In this document: in pieces, positions 9,417 through 17,813 of the stretch | Layout: the number at the start of each line of letters is the position of its first letter | Position numbering within the stretch: position 1 is the stretch's first letter | Assembly (NCBI GenBank): GCA_965215005.1 | Contig: CBDCCZ010000006.1 | Location: forward strand, 32,001 to 96,000 | DNA length: 64,000 nucleotides | Direction: 5' to 3' | Source of the DNA: Kofleriaceae bacterium | GTDB lineage: Bacteria > Myxococcota_A > Polyangia > Haliangiales > Haliangiaceae | Translations under genes and position numbers: made by a program | Notes under the pieces: model-generated | The model's database searches: none | Told to the model about the DNA's origin: nothing | Seen by the model: only the letters and a program-made list of their open reading frames with translations

Positions 9417-10912
9417 TTATCGAGAAGCTCCGGTCGCGCGCCCGCGTAGGTTGGATTGCCAGCCAGCACTCCGAGAAAGTCGCGAAGCGTCTCGCCAACG
9501 AAGATGCCTTCCGGCGCCCGAACGCTCAGCTCGCGCAGCTGCCGCTCGTGGTTGCCGCTGCGCTTCTTGATCACGGAAAGCGCCTGCCGCACCTCGCCGT
9601 ACGCCTCGAAGTAACGCAACAACAGCACGCTATCGGCGAAATAGCTGAGCTCGACCGGCGACTCCACGTTCTGACCTACGATACCGTGCTGCACCGCGGT
9701 GAGAATCGTGAGCACACCGCGGGTGCTCAAGTAAGACAGGAGCTCGTGCAGATGGAGGCTGAGCGACCGCGCCTCCGGCATTGCCAGCTCGTAACCATTG
9801 ACGGTGTCAATGACGATGATGCGGGCGTTGCTCTGCTCGACGTCGGTACGCACCAGGTGCGCGAACTGCCCCGGCGTTAGCTCTGCCGCGTTGACCTGCC
9901 GGGTTCGGACGAACTCTTCGCGATCGTCGAACCCCATTTCCAGCGCGCGGCCGCGCGCTTTCCACGCTTGGAGCGTTTCGTCGAAGAGATATGCACAGCT
10001 CACCTCGCGGCGAGCTGCGGCCGCGCGCATGTACTGCATCGCGATGGTCGACTTGCCGGTGCCAGACGCACCCAAGAGCAGCAGGCTCGAGCCGCGGTCC
10101 GCACCGCCGCCGAGTAGCGCATCGAGGCGCGGCACGCCGCTGGAAATGCACTCTCGCTGAAAATCGAAGTGATGCTCGGATGCTTCGAGCCGCGGGAACA
10201 CTTCGACCCCGCCGGTATCAATGGTGTAGTCGTGCCAGCCCTCGCGATAGCGAATGCTGCGGACCTTGGAGAATCGCATGCGCCGGGTCTGCCCGCCGTA
10301 CCGAGGCGCGTTTTGCTCGAGATGCAGCACGCCGTGGGCAATGCTGGCGATCTGAAATCCATCGTCGTGCTCGGTGGAGGTGTCTAGTAGAAAGATCGTG
10401 CAGCCGCGGCGGCTGAAGTAGTGCTTGAGCGCGAGAATCTGCCGTCGGTAACGCAGCGAATCCCGCGCGAGCAGGCGCATCTCGGAGAGCGAGTCGAACA
10501 CGACGATCTGCGGATCATTGCGCTCAACGGCTCGCAGCACCTCGGCGGTGGTCTCGGTGAGCTCAACCTCCGCCGGGTGAAACAACGTGTATTGCTGCTC
10601 TGAGTTGACGTCTTGTTCGGCCGACTGCAGATCGAAGATCTCGATGTCGCTTAACAAGAGGTCATGGCCGCGCGCGACCTCGCGCAGCTCTTCCTCGGTT
10701 TCGGAGAGCGTCACGTAGAGACCACGAAGGCCTCTGCGCGCTCCGGCCACCAGGATTTGCAGAGCGAGCGTGGTCTTGCCGCAGCCTGGCGAGCCCTCGA
10801 ACAGGTACATGCGACCCGCTGGAAACCCGCCGAGAAGGATCGAATCGAGGCCCTCGATCCCGGTCCTTAGGCGCGGCAAGGTTTCGTCGATATCAGGTTT
10901 TTTTGGAACCAT
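9413..10912 (-). CDS. kaiC: KaiC-like double RecA-fold ATPase
   Basis: Two Walker A motifs (GSPGCGKT, GASGTGKS); SYFADS at the phosphosite region; VIKKRSGNHE. Overlaps the kinase start by 4 nt. Confidence 0.88.
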   Translation of the reverse strand: MVPKKPDIDETLPRLRTGIEGLDSILLGGFPAGRMYLFEGSPGCGKTTLALQILVAGARRGLRGLYVTLSETEEELREVARGHDLLLSDIEIFDLQSAEQDVNSEQQYTLFHPAEVELTETTAEVLRAVERNDPQIVVFDSLSEMRLLARDSLRYRRQILALKHYFSRRGCTIFLLDTSTEHDDGFQIASIAHGVLHLEQNAPRYGGQTRRMRFSKVRSIRYREGWHDYTIDTGGVEVFPRLEASEHHFDFQRECISSGVPRLDALLGGGADRGSSLLLLGASGTGKSTIAMQYMRAAAARREVSCAYLFDETLQAWKARGRALEMGFDDREEFVRTRQVNAAELTPGQFAHLVRTDVEQSNARIIVIDTVNGYELAMPEARSLSLHLHELLSYLSTRGVLTILTAVQHGIVGQNVESPVELSYFADSVLLLRYFEAYGEVRQALSVIKKRSGNHERQLRELSVRAPEGIFVGETLRDFLGVLAGNPTYAGARPELLDK

Positions 10913-10967
10913 CGAAGGAAGCGCTCCCGCGCAGTATGCGCGCCTTCGGCACGCTCGTCATCTGCTA

Positions 10968-11450
10968 CTACGATTCGCTTTCGGGGGTATCGGTGTAGTT
11001 GGGTAGCACGGGCTTTCGCTGGTGCGAGAATATCAGCGAGGTTTCGACATGGGAAACCTCCGCCCGCGAGGAGATCTTGTCGATGACGAGCGCTCGTAAG
11101 TGCTCCGGGTCGGGAACGACGACGTGAATCAAGAAGTCATCGGCACCAGCAAGCTGATACACACCGATGACTTCATCGAGCGCCAGGATGTAAGAGGAAA
11201 ACGTCTCGAAGCTTTCCGACTTGTGTTGTGCTAACCGCACCGCCGTGAGCGCTTCGAGACCGATCCCCAGGGCCACCGGCTCGACATCGGCGTGAAATCC
11301 GCGCAACACGCCGCGTTCACGTAGCCGCCGCACCCGTTCGAGGCAGCTCGAAGGGGCGAGCCCAACCTGCGCTGCCAGTTCCTTGTTGGAAAGCCGTGCG
11401 TCGCGTTGTAGGGCTTCGACAATCGCGCAGTCGATTCGGTCGAGAGCCAT
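10968..11450 (-). CDS. Lrp/AsnC family transcriptional regulator
   Basis: LDRIDCAIVEALQRDARLSNKELAAQVGLAPSSCLERVRRL HTH, followed by a RAM domain. Confidence 0.93.
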   Translation of the reverse strand: MALDRIDCAIVEALQRDARLSNKELAAQVGLAPSSCLERVRRLRERGVLRGFHADVEPVALGIGLEALTAVRLAQHKSESFETFSSYILALDEVIGVYQLAGADDFLIHVVVPDPEHLRALVIDKISSRAEVSHVETSLIFSHQRKPVLPNYTDTPESES

Positions 11451-11622
11451 CTGAGCGGCTAAAATCCGGGCTTTATTCGCTGTAGACATCTTTGACCGAA
11501 ATTTTTACCACACCACCACTGGTGCACCAAACTCTGTTCGCCGTGTGCCCGGATGTGCTCCGCGCCGCGCGAGCCGACGCCTTGCTTCCGACGGCCGACT
11601 AATTTGGGGTAGGTTCGCGCCG

Positions 11623-12663
11623 ATGACTCGCATGGAGGCCATGGTGCTGCACGAGCACGGTGAACCGGAGGTGCTGCGCTTCGAGCGCGTGGAAGCACCG
11701 CAGCCGGGGCCGGGGCAAGTGCGCGTGACGGTCGAGGCGGTGGCGTGCAACCATCTCGATGTCTGGGTGCGACGCGGCGGCCCAGCGTTCCGCGGGCTGA
11801 GCTACCCGCATCGTCTCGGCTCAGAGATCGCCGGAGTCATCGAGGCGCTCGGCGCCGGCGTCGACGACCTAGCGCTCGGAACGCGGGTAGTTATCAATCC
11901 TGGGATCTCCTGCGGCTACTGTCGCGCGTGCCTGAGCGGCGCCGACAATTTGTGCCCCGACTACCGGATTCTCGGCGAGCACACGCAAGGCGGATACGGC
12001 CAACTCGCGGTGGTGCCGCGAGCCAATATCTTGCCGTTTCCCGACGGCCTGACGGCGGTGGAAGCTGCGGCCTCGCTCCTAACCTTCCTCACGGCGTGGC
12101 AGATGCTGGTGCGCAAGGCCCAGGTTCAGCCGGCACAGCGGGTACTCGTTCAGGGTGCTGGCAGCGGTGTAGGCGTTGCCGCCATTCAGATCGCGCGACT
12201 GTTTGGCGCCGAGGTGATCGCCACAGCGGGAACCGATGAAAAGCTCGCGGCGGCTCGTGAGCTCGGCGCGGCGCACACCATCAACTATCGCACCACCGAC
12301 TTCGTCGACGAGGTTCGACGGCTGGTCGGCAAGCGCGGCGTCGACGTTGTGATCGAGCACGTCGGCGGCGAAACGTTTGCCAATAGCATCAAGATCACCA
12401 AGAACGGCGGCCGCATCGTCACCTGTGGCGCGACCAGTGGGTTCACCCCCGTTATCGATCTCCGCCACGTGTTCTTTCGGCAGATCGAGATCCTCGGCTC
12501 GACCATGGGCCCCAAGGGAGATCTATTCGAGATCTTGGATCACGTGGCCGCCGGACGCCTCCGCCCGGTGATCCACGACGTCTTGCCGCTCGAGCGCGCT
12601 GCCGATGCCCACCGCATGCTCGAAGGCCGCGAGGTCTTCGGCAAAGTCGTGCTGACGCCTTGA
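11623..12663 (+). CDS. Zinc-binding medium-chain dehydrogenase/reductase
   Basis: CNHLD, structural Zn site CGYCRACLSGADNLC, GAGSGVG nucleotide-binding motif, FGKVVL. Confidence 0.9.
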   Translation: MTRMEAMVLHEHGEPEVLRFERVEAPQPGPGQVRVTVEAVACNHLDVWVRRGGPAFRGLSYPHRLGSEIAGVIEALGAGVDDLALGTRVVINPGISCGYCRACLSGADNLCPDYRILGEHTQGGYGQLAVVPRANILPFPDGLTAVEAAASLLTFLTAWQMLVRKAQVQPAQRVLVQGAGSGVGVAAIQIARLFGAEVIATAGTDEKLAAARELGAAHTINYRTTDFVDEVRRLVGKRGVDVVIEHVGGETFANSIKITKNGGRIVTCGATSGFTPVIDLRHVFFRQIEILGSTMGPKGDLFEILDHVAAGRLRPVIHDVLPLERAADAHRMLEGREVFGKVVLTP

Positions 12664-13586
12664 GCCGGCCACTTCTGCAGACCCGCGGTCTCGGCAAAGA
12701 CTACGGCGCCCACACCGCGTTGGTTGGGCTCGATCTCGAGGTTGCCGAGGGCGAAATCTTTGGCTTGCTTGGCCCCAACGGCGCCGGTAAGACAACCGCG
12801 ATTTCCATGATCGCGGGCGTGGTGACGCCATCCCGAGGCTCGGTGCGAGTTGCGGGCCATGAGCTGAGCAGCCAACCATTTCAGGTTCGCCGCGAGATCG
12901 GGCTCGTGCCCCAAGACCTGGCGTTGTACGAAGACCTCACCCCGCGGCAGAACCTCGCGTTCTTTGGCCGGCTCTATGGGCTTCAGGGCCGCGAGCTCAA
13001 CCGGTCGATTGATTGGGCGCTAGAGGTCGCCGGCCTCGCCGATCGCGCCTGTGACGTCGTCAAACGCTTCTCCGGCGGGATGAAACGCCGGCTCAACATC
13101 GCCGCGGGACTCCTGCACAGCCCGCGGTTGTTGGTGCTCGATGAGCCGACGGTGGGAGTCGATCCGCAGAGTCGCAATTTCATCTTCGAGACCATTCGCG
13201 CGCTGCGCCGTGACCACTCGATGACGGTGCTCTACACCAGCCATTACATGGAAGAGGTCGAAGCCCTGTGCGAGCGGGTGGCCATCGTCGACCACGGCGA
13301 CGTGGTCGCGATCGATGAAGTGGAGGCGCTGCTCGCTGCCCACGCGGCTAGCGGCATCGAGGTCGAGCTCGTTGGTGATGTGCCGGCGGCGCTGGCGGCC
13401 GTGGAGGCGTTTGGCGAGGCAAGCGCAGCTGGAAGACGGCTGCGCGTGGTCACCTCCGAATCGCTCGCGCCGGTGGTTAGCGCGATCGAGAGCACCGGTT
13501 GTCGAATCACTGCCGTGCGCAGCATGAAAGGCGACCTCGAGACCGTGTTCCTCTCCCTCACCGGCCACAGCTTGCGAGACGCATGA
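12660..13586 (+). CDS. ABC-2 type transporter ATP-binding protein
   Basis: [27 protein letters not shown]. Confidence 0.93.
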   Translation: MSRPLLQTRGLGKDYGAHTALVGLDLEVAEGEIFGLLGPNGAGKTTAISMIAGVVTPSRGSVRVAGHELSSQPFQVRREIGLVPQDLALYEDLTPRQNLAFFGRLYGLQGRELNRSIDWALEVAGLADRACDVVKRFSGGMKRRLNIAAGLLHSPRLLVLDEPTVGVDPQSRNFIFETIRALRRDHSMTVLYTSHYMEEVEALCERVAIVDHGDVVAIDEVEALLAAHAASGIEVELVGDVPAALAAVEAFGEASAAGRRLRVVTSESLAPVVSAIESTGCRITAVRSMKGDLETVFLSLTGHSLRDA

Positions 13587-14677
13587 TGTTTGGCGCCGCC
13601 ATAAAGAAAGACATGGAGCTTCTCGCCCGCGACCGCGGCGCGCTGCTCAGTCTATTTTTGTTGCCCGTGGTGTTCGTCATCGTGTTTGGCTCGATGTTCG
13701 GTGGCGAGGGCAGTCGCGGCACGCCGCGCAAGTTGGCTGCCTATGCCGTTTCCGAGCCGCCCGCTCGAGCTGCCCTAGACGCAGTCACCGGCTCCGGCCT
13801 GTTCGAGCTGGAATTTCGGCCCAGCGCCGAAGCGGTGCGTGAGGCAGTGGCCGAGCAGGAGGTAGCCGCCGGGCTGGTGATTCCAGCCGGCTACAGCCCG
13901 CTCGCCGGCGTGAGCGCTGAGCTCGTCATCGATGAGGCGGCGACGCCAGCGTTCCGCGCCCCCATTGAAGGTGCCTTGACCGGGATCTTGATGCGAGCGG
14001 CGTTTCCCGCGATGACCGGCGACATCAAGGTGCTGGTGCCGCGTTCGCCGCCGGGCCTGCGCAAACCGCTGCGCGTGGTCGACGGCTTTCAGGTTTCGGT
14101 GCCGGGCAACGCGGTGCTGTTCGGGTTCTTCTTGGCGCTCACCGTCGCGCTGTCGTTCGTCGAAGAGCGGCGTACAGGAACCTGGCGCCGACTGCTCGCC
14201 GCGCCGGTGCGCCGCAGCGTGTTGCTCCTGGCGAAACTAGTTCCGTTCTACCTGATCGGGCTCGTGCAGATGACGTTCCTGTTCGCGATAGGCTTCTTCG
14301 TTTTCGATATGCAGATCGCCGGAAGCATCACCGCGCTCGCATGCGTCACGCTGGCGGTGGTGTTTGCCGCCACCGGCCTTGGCCTGTTCATCGCCTCGTT
14401 CGGCGGAACGGAAAAGCAGGTGGGCGGCGTCGGCTCGATCTGTCTGTTGGTCATGGGGCTCCTTGGCGGCGCGATGGTGCCGCGCATGGGGATGCCGCCG
14501 ACCCTGCAGCAGCTCGGCCTACTCACCCCGCACGCCTGGGCGCTCGAGGGCTACTACGACGTTCTGATTCGCGAAGGCACCGGCGTCATCGAAGTGCTGC
14601 CTGAAATTGGTGCGGTTTTGGCCTTTGGAGTCGTGTTTGCGGCGGTGGGTGCGCTGCGCTTCCGCTTCGAGCGCTGA
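13583..14677 (+). CDS. ABC-2 type transporter permease
   Basis: N-terminal TM, extracytoplasmic loop, EERRTGTWRRLLAAP, several C-terminal TM helices. Confidence 0.9.
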   Translation: MMFGAAIKKDMELLARDRGALLSLFLLPVVFVIVFGSMFGGEGSRGTPRKLAAYAVSEPPARAALDAVTGSGLFELEFRPSAEAVREAVAEQEVAAGLVIPAGYSPLAGVSAELVIDEAATPAFRAPIEGALTGILMRAAFPAMTGDIKVLVPRSPPGLRKPLRVVDGFQVSVPGNAVLFGFFLALTVALSFVEERRTGTWRRLLAAPVRRSVLLLAKLVPFYLIGLVQMTFLFAIGFFVFDMQIAGSITALACVTLAVVFAATGLGLFIASFGGTEKQVGGVGSICLLVMGLLGGAMVPRMGMPPTLQQLGLLTPHAWALEGYYDVLIREGTGVIEVLPEIGAVLAFGVVFAAVGALRFRFER

Positions 14678-14757
14678 GACGCCCTCGCTCGCAGCCCCTG
14701 CTTCAGCGCGCGATCTAACTCGCTGCGTCATCTGCGCCACCGGCTCGCTATACTGCC

Positions 14758-16797
14758 ATGATGGCTGACGCGATCAAGCAAGGGCGAATGGCGCACGTTC
14801 TCTACGACGAGAGCAGCGCGCCGGTGCACGACCGACCGTGGATCTTTCGGACCTACGCTGGGCATACGAGCGCCAAGGCCTCCAACGAGCTCTATCGCGC
14901 CAATCTCTCCAAAGGCCAAACCGGCTTATCCATCGCGTTCGATCTCCCGACGCAGTGTGGCTACTCGTCAAGCGATCCGCTTGCAGGTCCCGAAATCGGC
15001 AAGGTCGGAGTTCCGATCAACTCGCTCGATGACTTCCACGTGTTGTTCGCCGACATCCCCATCGAGAAGATGAACACGTCGATGACCATCAACGGCACGT
15101 CGATGTGGCTACTAGCGCTCTACGTCGCCCTCGCCCGCGAGCGCGGCGTTCCCGAAAGCGAGCTGCGGGGAACTACGCAGAACGACATCGTCAAAGAGTA
15201 CCTCGCCCGCGGAACCTACATCTTTCCGCCCCAGGCCTCGATGCGCATCATCGCCGAGATGTATGAGTATTGCTTGGATAACATTCCCAACTGGAATGCA
15301 TCCAACATCTGTTCGTACCACTTACAGGAGGCAGGGGCTACGCCGGTGCAGGAACTGGCATTTGCGCTCGCCAACGCAATTGGCATCCTCGACCTAGTTC
15401 GAGAACGCGGCCACTTCGACGACGCGTCGTTCGAGCGCTGCGTTGGGCGCATCAGCTTCTTCGTCAACTCGGGCATTCGCTTCATCGAAGAGATGTGCAA
15501 GATGCGCGCGTTTGCCGAGCTTTGGGAGCAAATTTGCCGGGACCGCTATGGGGTTGAAAATCCCAAGTATCGGCGGTTTCGTTACGGCGTGCAGGTCAAC
15601 TCCCTTGGCCTCACCGAAAGTCAGCCAGAAAATAACGCATGGCGCATTCTCCTCGAGACTCTCGGCGTCACTCTCAGCCGCAACGCGCGGTGTCGCGCTC
15701 TGCAGCTGCCAGCTTGGAACGAAGCCCTGTCGCTGCCGCGGCCGTGGGATCAGCAGTGGTCGCTGCGGCTCCAACAGATTCTCGCGTTCGAGACCGACCT
15801 GCTCGAATACCCCGACTTGTTTGATGGCAGCAAAGTGGTTGAATCCAAGGTGGGCGCGCTGGTGGCGGAAGCCAGCGCCGAGATCGAACGCATCGTCGGT
15901 ATGGGCGGAGTACGCGCAGCGGTCGAGAGTGGCTACATGAAGAGCGCACTCGTGAAATCGATGTCGGAACGGGTCGCGAAGATCAACCGCGGTGATCAGG
16001 TGGTGGTGGGGCTCAATAAGTGGACGGACGGGCTACCATCGCCGCTGATGGCGGGCGACGACGGCGGCGTGTTTCGCATCGATCCCGGCTCAGCCAAGGA
16101 GACTCTTGCGCAGCTCGAGGCCACCAAGTCTGCACGCGATCCGGCGCGAGCGCAGAAGGCCCTCGAGCGTCTCGAGCGGGCCGCCAAAGACGGCAGCAAC
16201 ATGATGGACGCTTCTATCGAATGTGCGCTGGCGCGAGTGACCACTGGCGAGTGGGCCGCTACGCTGCGGCGGATCTTTGGCGAATATCGCGCCGTCACGG
16301 GGGTGGAAGGCCAGAGCCTGCAGCTCGAGGAGACGCGGGTAGCAGCGCTGCGCGATCGCATCGACCTATTCAGCAAGCACACTGGGCATCGGCCGCGCAT
16401 CGTGGTCGGCAAACCCGGCCTCGACGGCCACTCCAACGGCGCGGAGGTCATCGCAGTATCGGCGCGGCACACCGGCTTCGATGTAATCTATTCTGGCATT
16501 CGGCTCACGCCAGAGGAGATCGTGCAGAGCGCCATTGAAGAAAATGCCGACCTCATTGGGGTATCTATTTTGTCGGGGTCGCACGTCGAGCTCGCCGAGC
16601 AGATCCGCGCCGAGCTCGAAGCTGCGGGCGCCGCCGACGACATCCCGGTGATCTTTGGCGGCATCATTCCCAAGGCCGACGTGCCACTGCTCGAGGCCAA
16701 CGGCGTGCGGCGCATCTTCACTCCGGCCGACTATGAGCTCATCGACGTCATGGAGCGCATGATGGAGGTCATCGAGGAGGCTCGAGGCGTCTCATGA
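14758..16797 (+). CDS. meaA: Cobalamin-dependent acyl-CoA mutase of the MeaA/ethylmalonyl-CoA mutase type
   Basis: PWIFRTYAGH, GLSIAFDLPTQ, GTTQNDIVKEY, B12-binding GLDGHSNG. The true start may be the second ATG (14761). Confidence 0.88.
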   Translation: MMADAIKQGRMAHVLYDESSAPVHDRPWIFRTYAGHTSAKASNELYRANLSKGQTGLSIAFDLPTQCGYSSSDPLAGPEIGKVGVPINSLDDFHVLFADIPIEKMNTSMTINGTSMWLLALYVALARERGVPESELRGTTQNDIVKEYLARGTYIFPPQASMRIIAEMYEYCLDNIPNWNASNICSYHLQEAGATPVQELAFALANAIGILDLVRERGHFDDASFERCVGRISFFVNSGIRFIEEMCKMRAFAELWEQICRDRYGVENPKYRRFRYGVQVNSLGLTESQPENNAWRILLETLGVTLSRNARCRALQLPAWNEALSLPRPWDQQWSLRLQQILAFETDLLEYPDLFDGSKVVESKVGALVAEASAEIERIVGMGGVRAAVESGYMKSALVKSMSERVAKINRGDQVVVGLNKWTDGLPSPLMAGDDGGVFRIDPGSAKETLAQLEATKSARDPARAQKALERLERAAKDGSNMMDASIECALARVTTGEWAATLRRIFGEYRAVTGVEGQSLQLEETRVAALRDRIDLFSKHTGHRPRIVVGKPGLDGHSNGAEVIAVSARHTGFDVIYSGIRLTPEEIVQSAIEENADLIGVSILSGSHVELAEQIRAELEAAGAADDIPVIFGGIIPKADVPLLEANGVRRIFTPADYELIDVMERMMEVIEEARGVS

Positions 16798-17738
16798 ATG
16801 CGGAGTCGGCTGCAGCGCTCGAGCTCGACAAACGCGCCCTCGGCAAGCTCATCTCGCTGTTCGAAGATACCCGCGCCGTGGCCATCGCGCGGCGCCAAGA
16901 GGTCCTTTCCGAGCTCGAGCAGCACGCCGAGCGCAAAGCGCGCTTCATCGGAGTCACCGGCACTCCAGGCGCGGGCAAGTCCACGCTCATCGGCGAGCTC
17001 GCCACCCGGCTCATCGAGCAAGATCGGGCACTGGCGGTCGCGGTGTTGGCGGTGGACCCTTCGAGTCACGTCTCTGGTGGCGCGTTGCTCGGCGATCGCA
17101 CGCGCGCACGGTTTCCGCTGCGTGAGCGGCGGTTGTTTTTTCGCAGCCAGGCTTCGGACCGCGAGCTTGGCGGCGTGAGCCGCACGACCTTTGCGGTGTG
17201 TCGACTCCTTCATCACCTTTTCGACATCGTCTTCATCGAGACCGTCGGCATCGGCCAGTCCGAGATCGAAATCCAACGCGTTGCCGATTGGACCTATCTA
17301 GTGTTGCAGCCGCTGGCGGGCGATCAGGTGCAGTTCATGAAAGCCGGAATCATGGAGATTCCCGATGCCTTCGTGCTGAACAAGTGCGACGCGGCGGACG
17401 CGGCGCGGGTTAGCTACCACGCGCTGCGGGCGAGCCTTGGCTTGGCGCGGCCCGGCGCGGGACCACCCACGCCCATTCATCAAACCAGTGCCACCACCGG
17501 GCTCGGCATGGAGACGCTGGCCACCGATGTCTTGGCGCAGCAGGCGCAACGGCCGATGGCGGCGAAAGAGGAGTACTTCTTTCGCAAGTGGGTACGCGAC
17601 GAGTTCGGCCGGCGGGGTCTGCAGGCGCTAGAGCGCCGAGGCGGGGCGGCGCCGCTGCTGGAGGCGGGGGGCTACGACGCGGCCCAGCTGGCGTTCACCC
17701 GGAGCGCCCCGACCTGGCTCGCCGACGCCTTGGGTTAA
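16794..17738 (+). CDS. meaB: Mutase-associated GTPase chaperone MeaB/ArgK
   Basis: GTPGAGKS, AVDPSSHVSGGALLGDRTR, ETVGIGQSE, NKCD. Confidence 0.9.
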   Translation: MNAESAAALELDKRALGKLISLFEDTRAVAIARRQEVLSELEQHAERKARFIGVTGTPGAGKSTLIGELATRLIEQDRALAVAVLAVDPSSHVSGGALLGDRTRARFPLRERRLFFRSQASDRELGGVSRTTFAVCRLLHHLFDIVFIETVGIGQSEIEIQRVADWTYLVLQPLAGDQVQFMKAGIMEIPDAFVLNKCDAADAARVSYHALRASLGLARPGAGPPTPIHQTSATTGLGMETLATDVLAQQAQRPMAAKEEYFFRKWVRDEFGRRGLQALERRGGAAPLLEAGGYDAAQLAFTRSAPTWLADALG

Positions 17739-17813
17739 AAGGCGCGCGCGGGGCGCTTCTCAGCTTGCTGCCCAGGGCCGTGTTTCATAGAGTGTCCGGC
17801 TCGGAGATAGACC

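Noticed and set aside
11623..12663. Crotonyl-CoA carboxylase/reductase partner of MeaA
   Set aside because: Too short (~346 aa), has a structural Zn Cys4 site, and shows no recognisable Ccr motifs.
13560..13570. ACCGGCCACAG resembling the IS630 IR
   Set aside because: Lies inside an intact CDS (LTGHS), lacks the GTAC/TA end; chance match.
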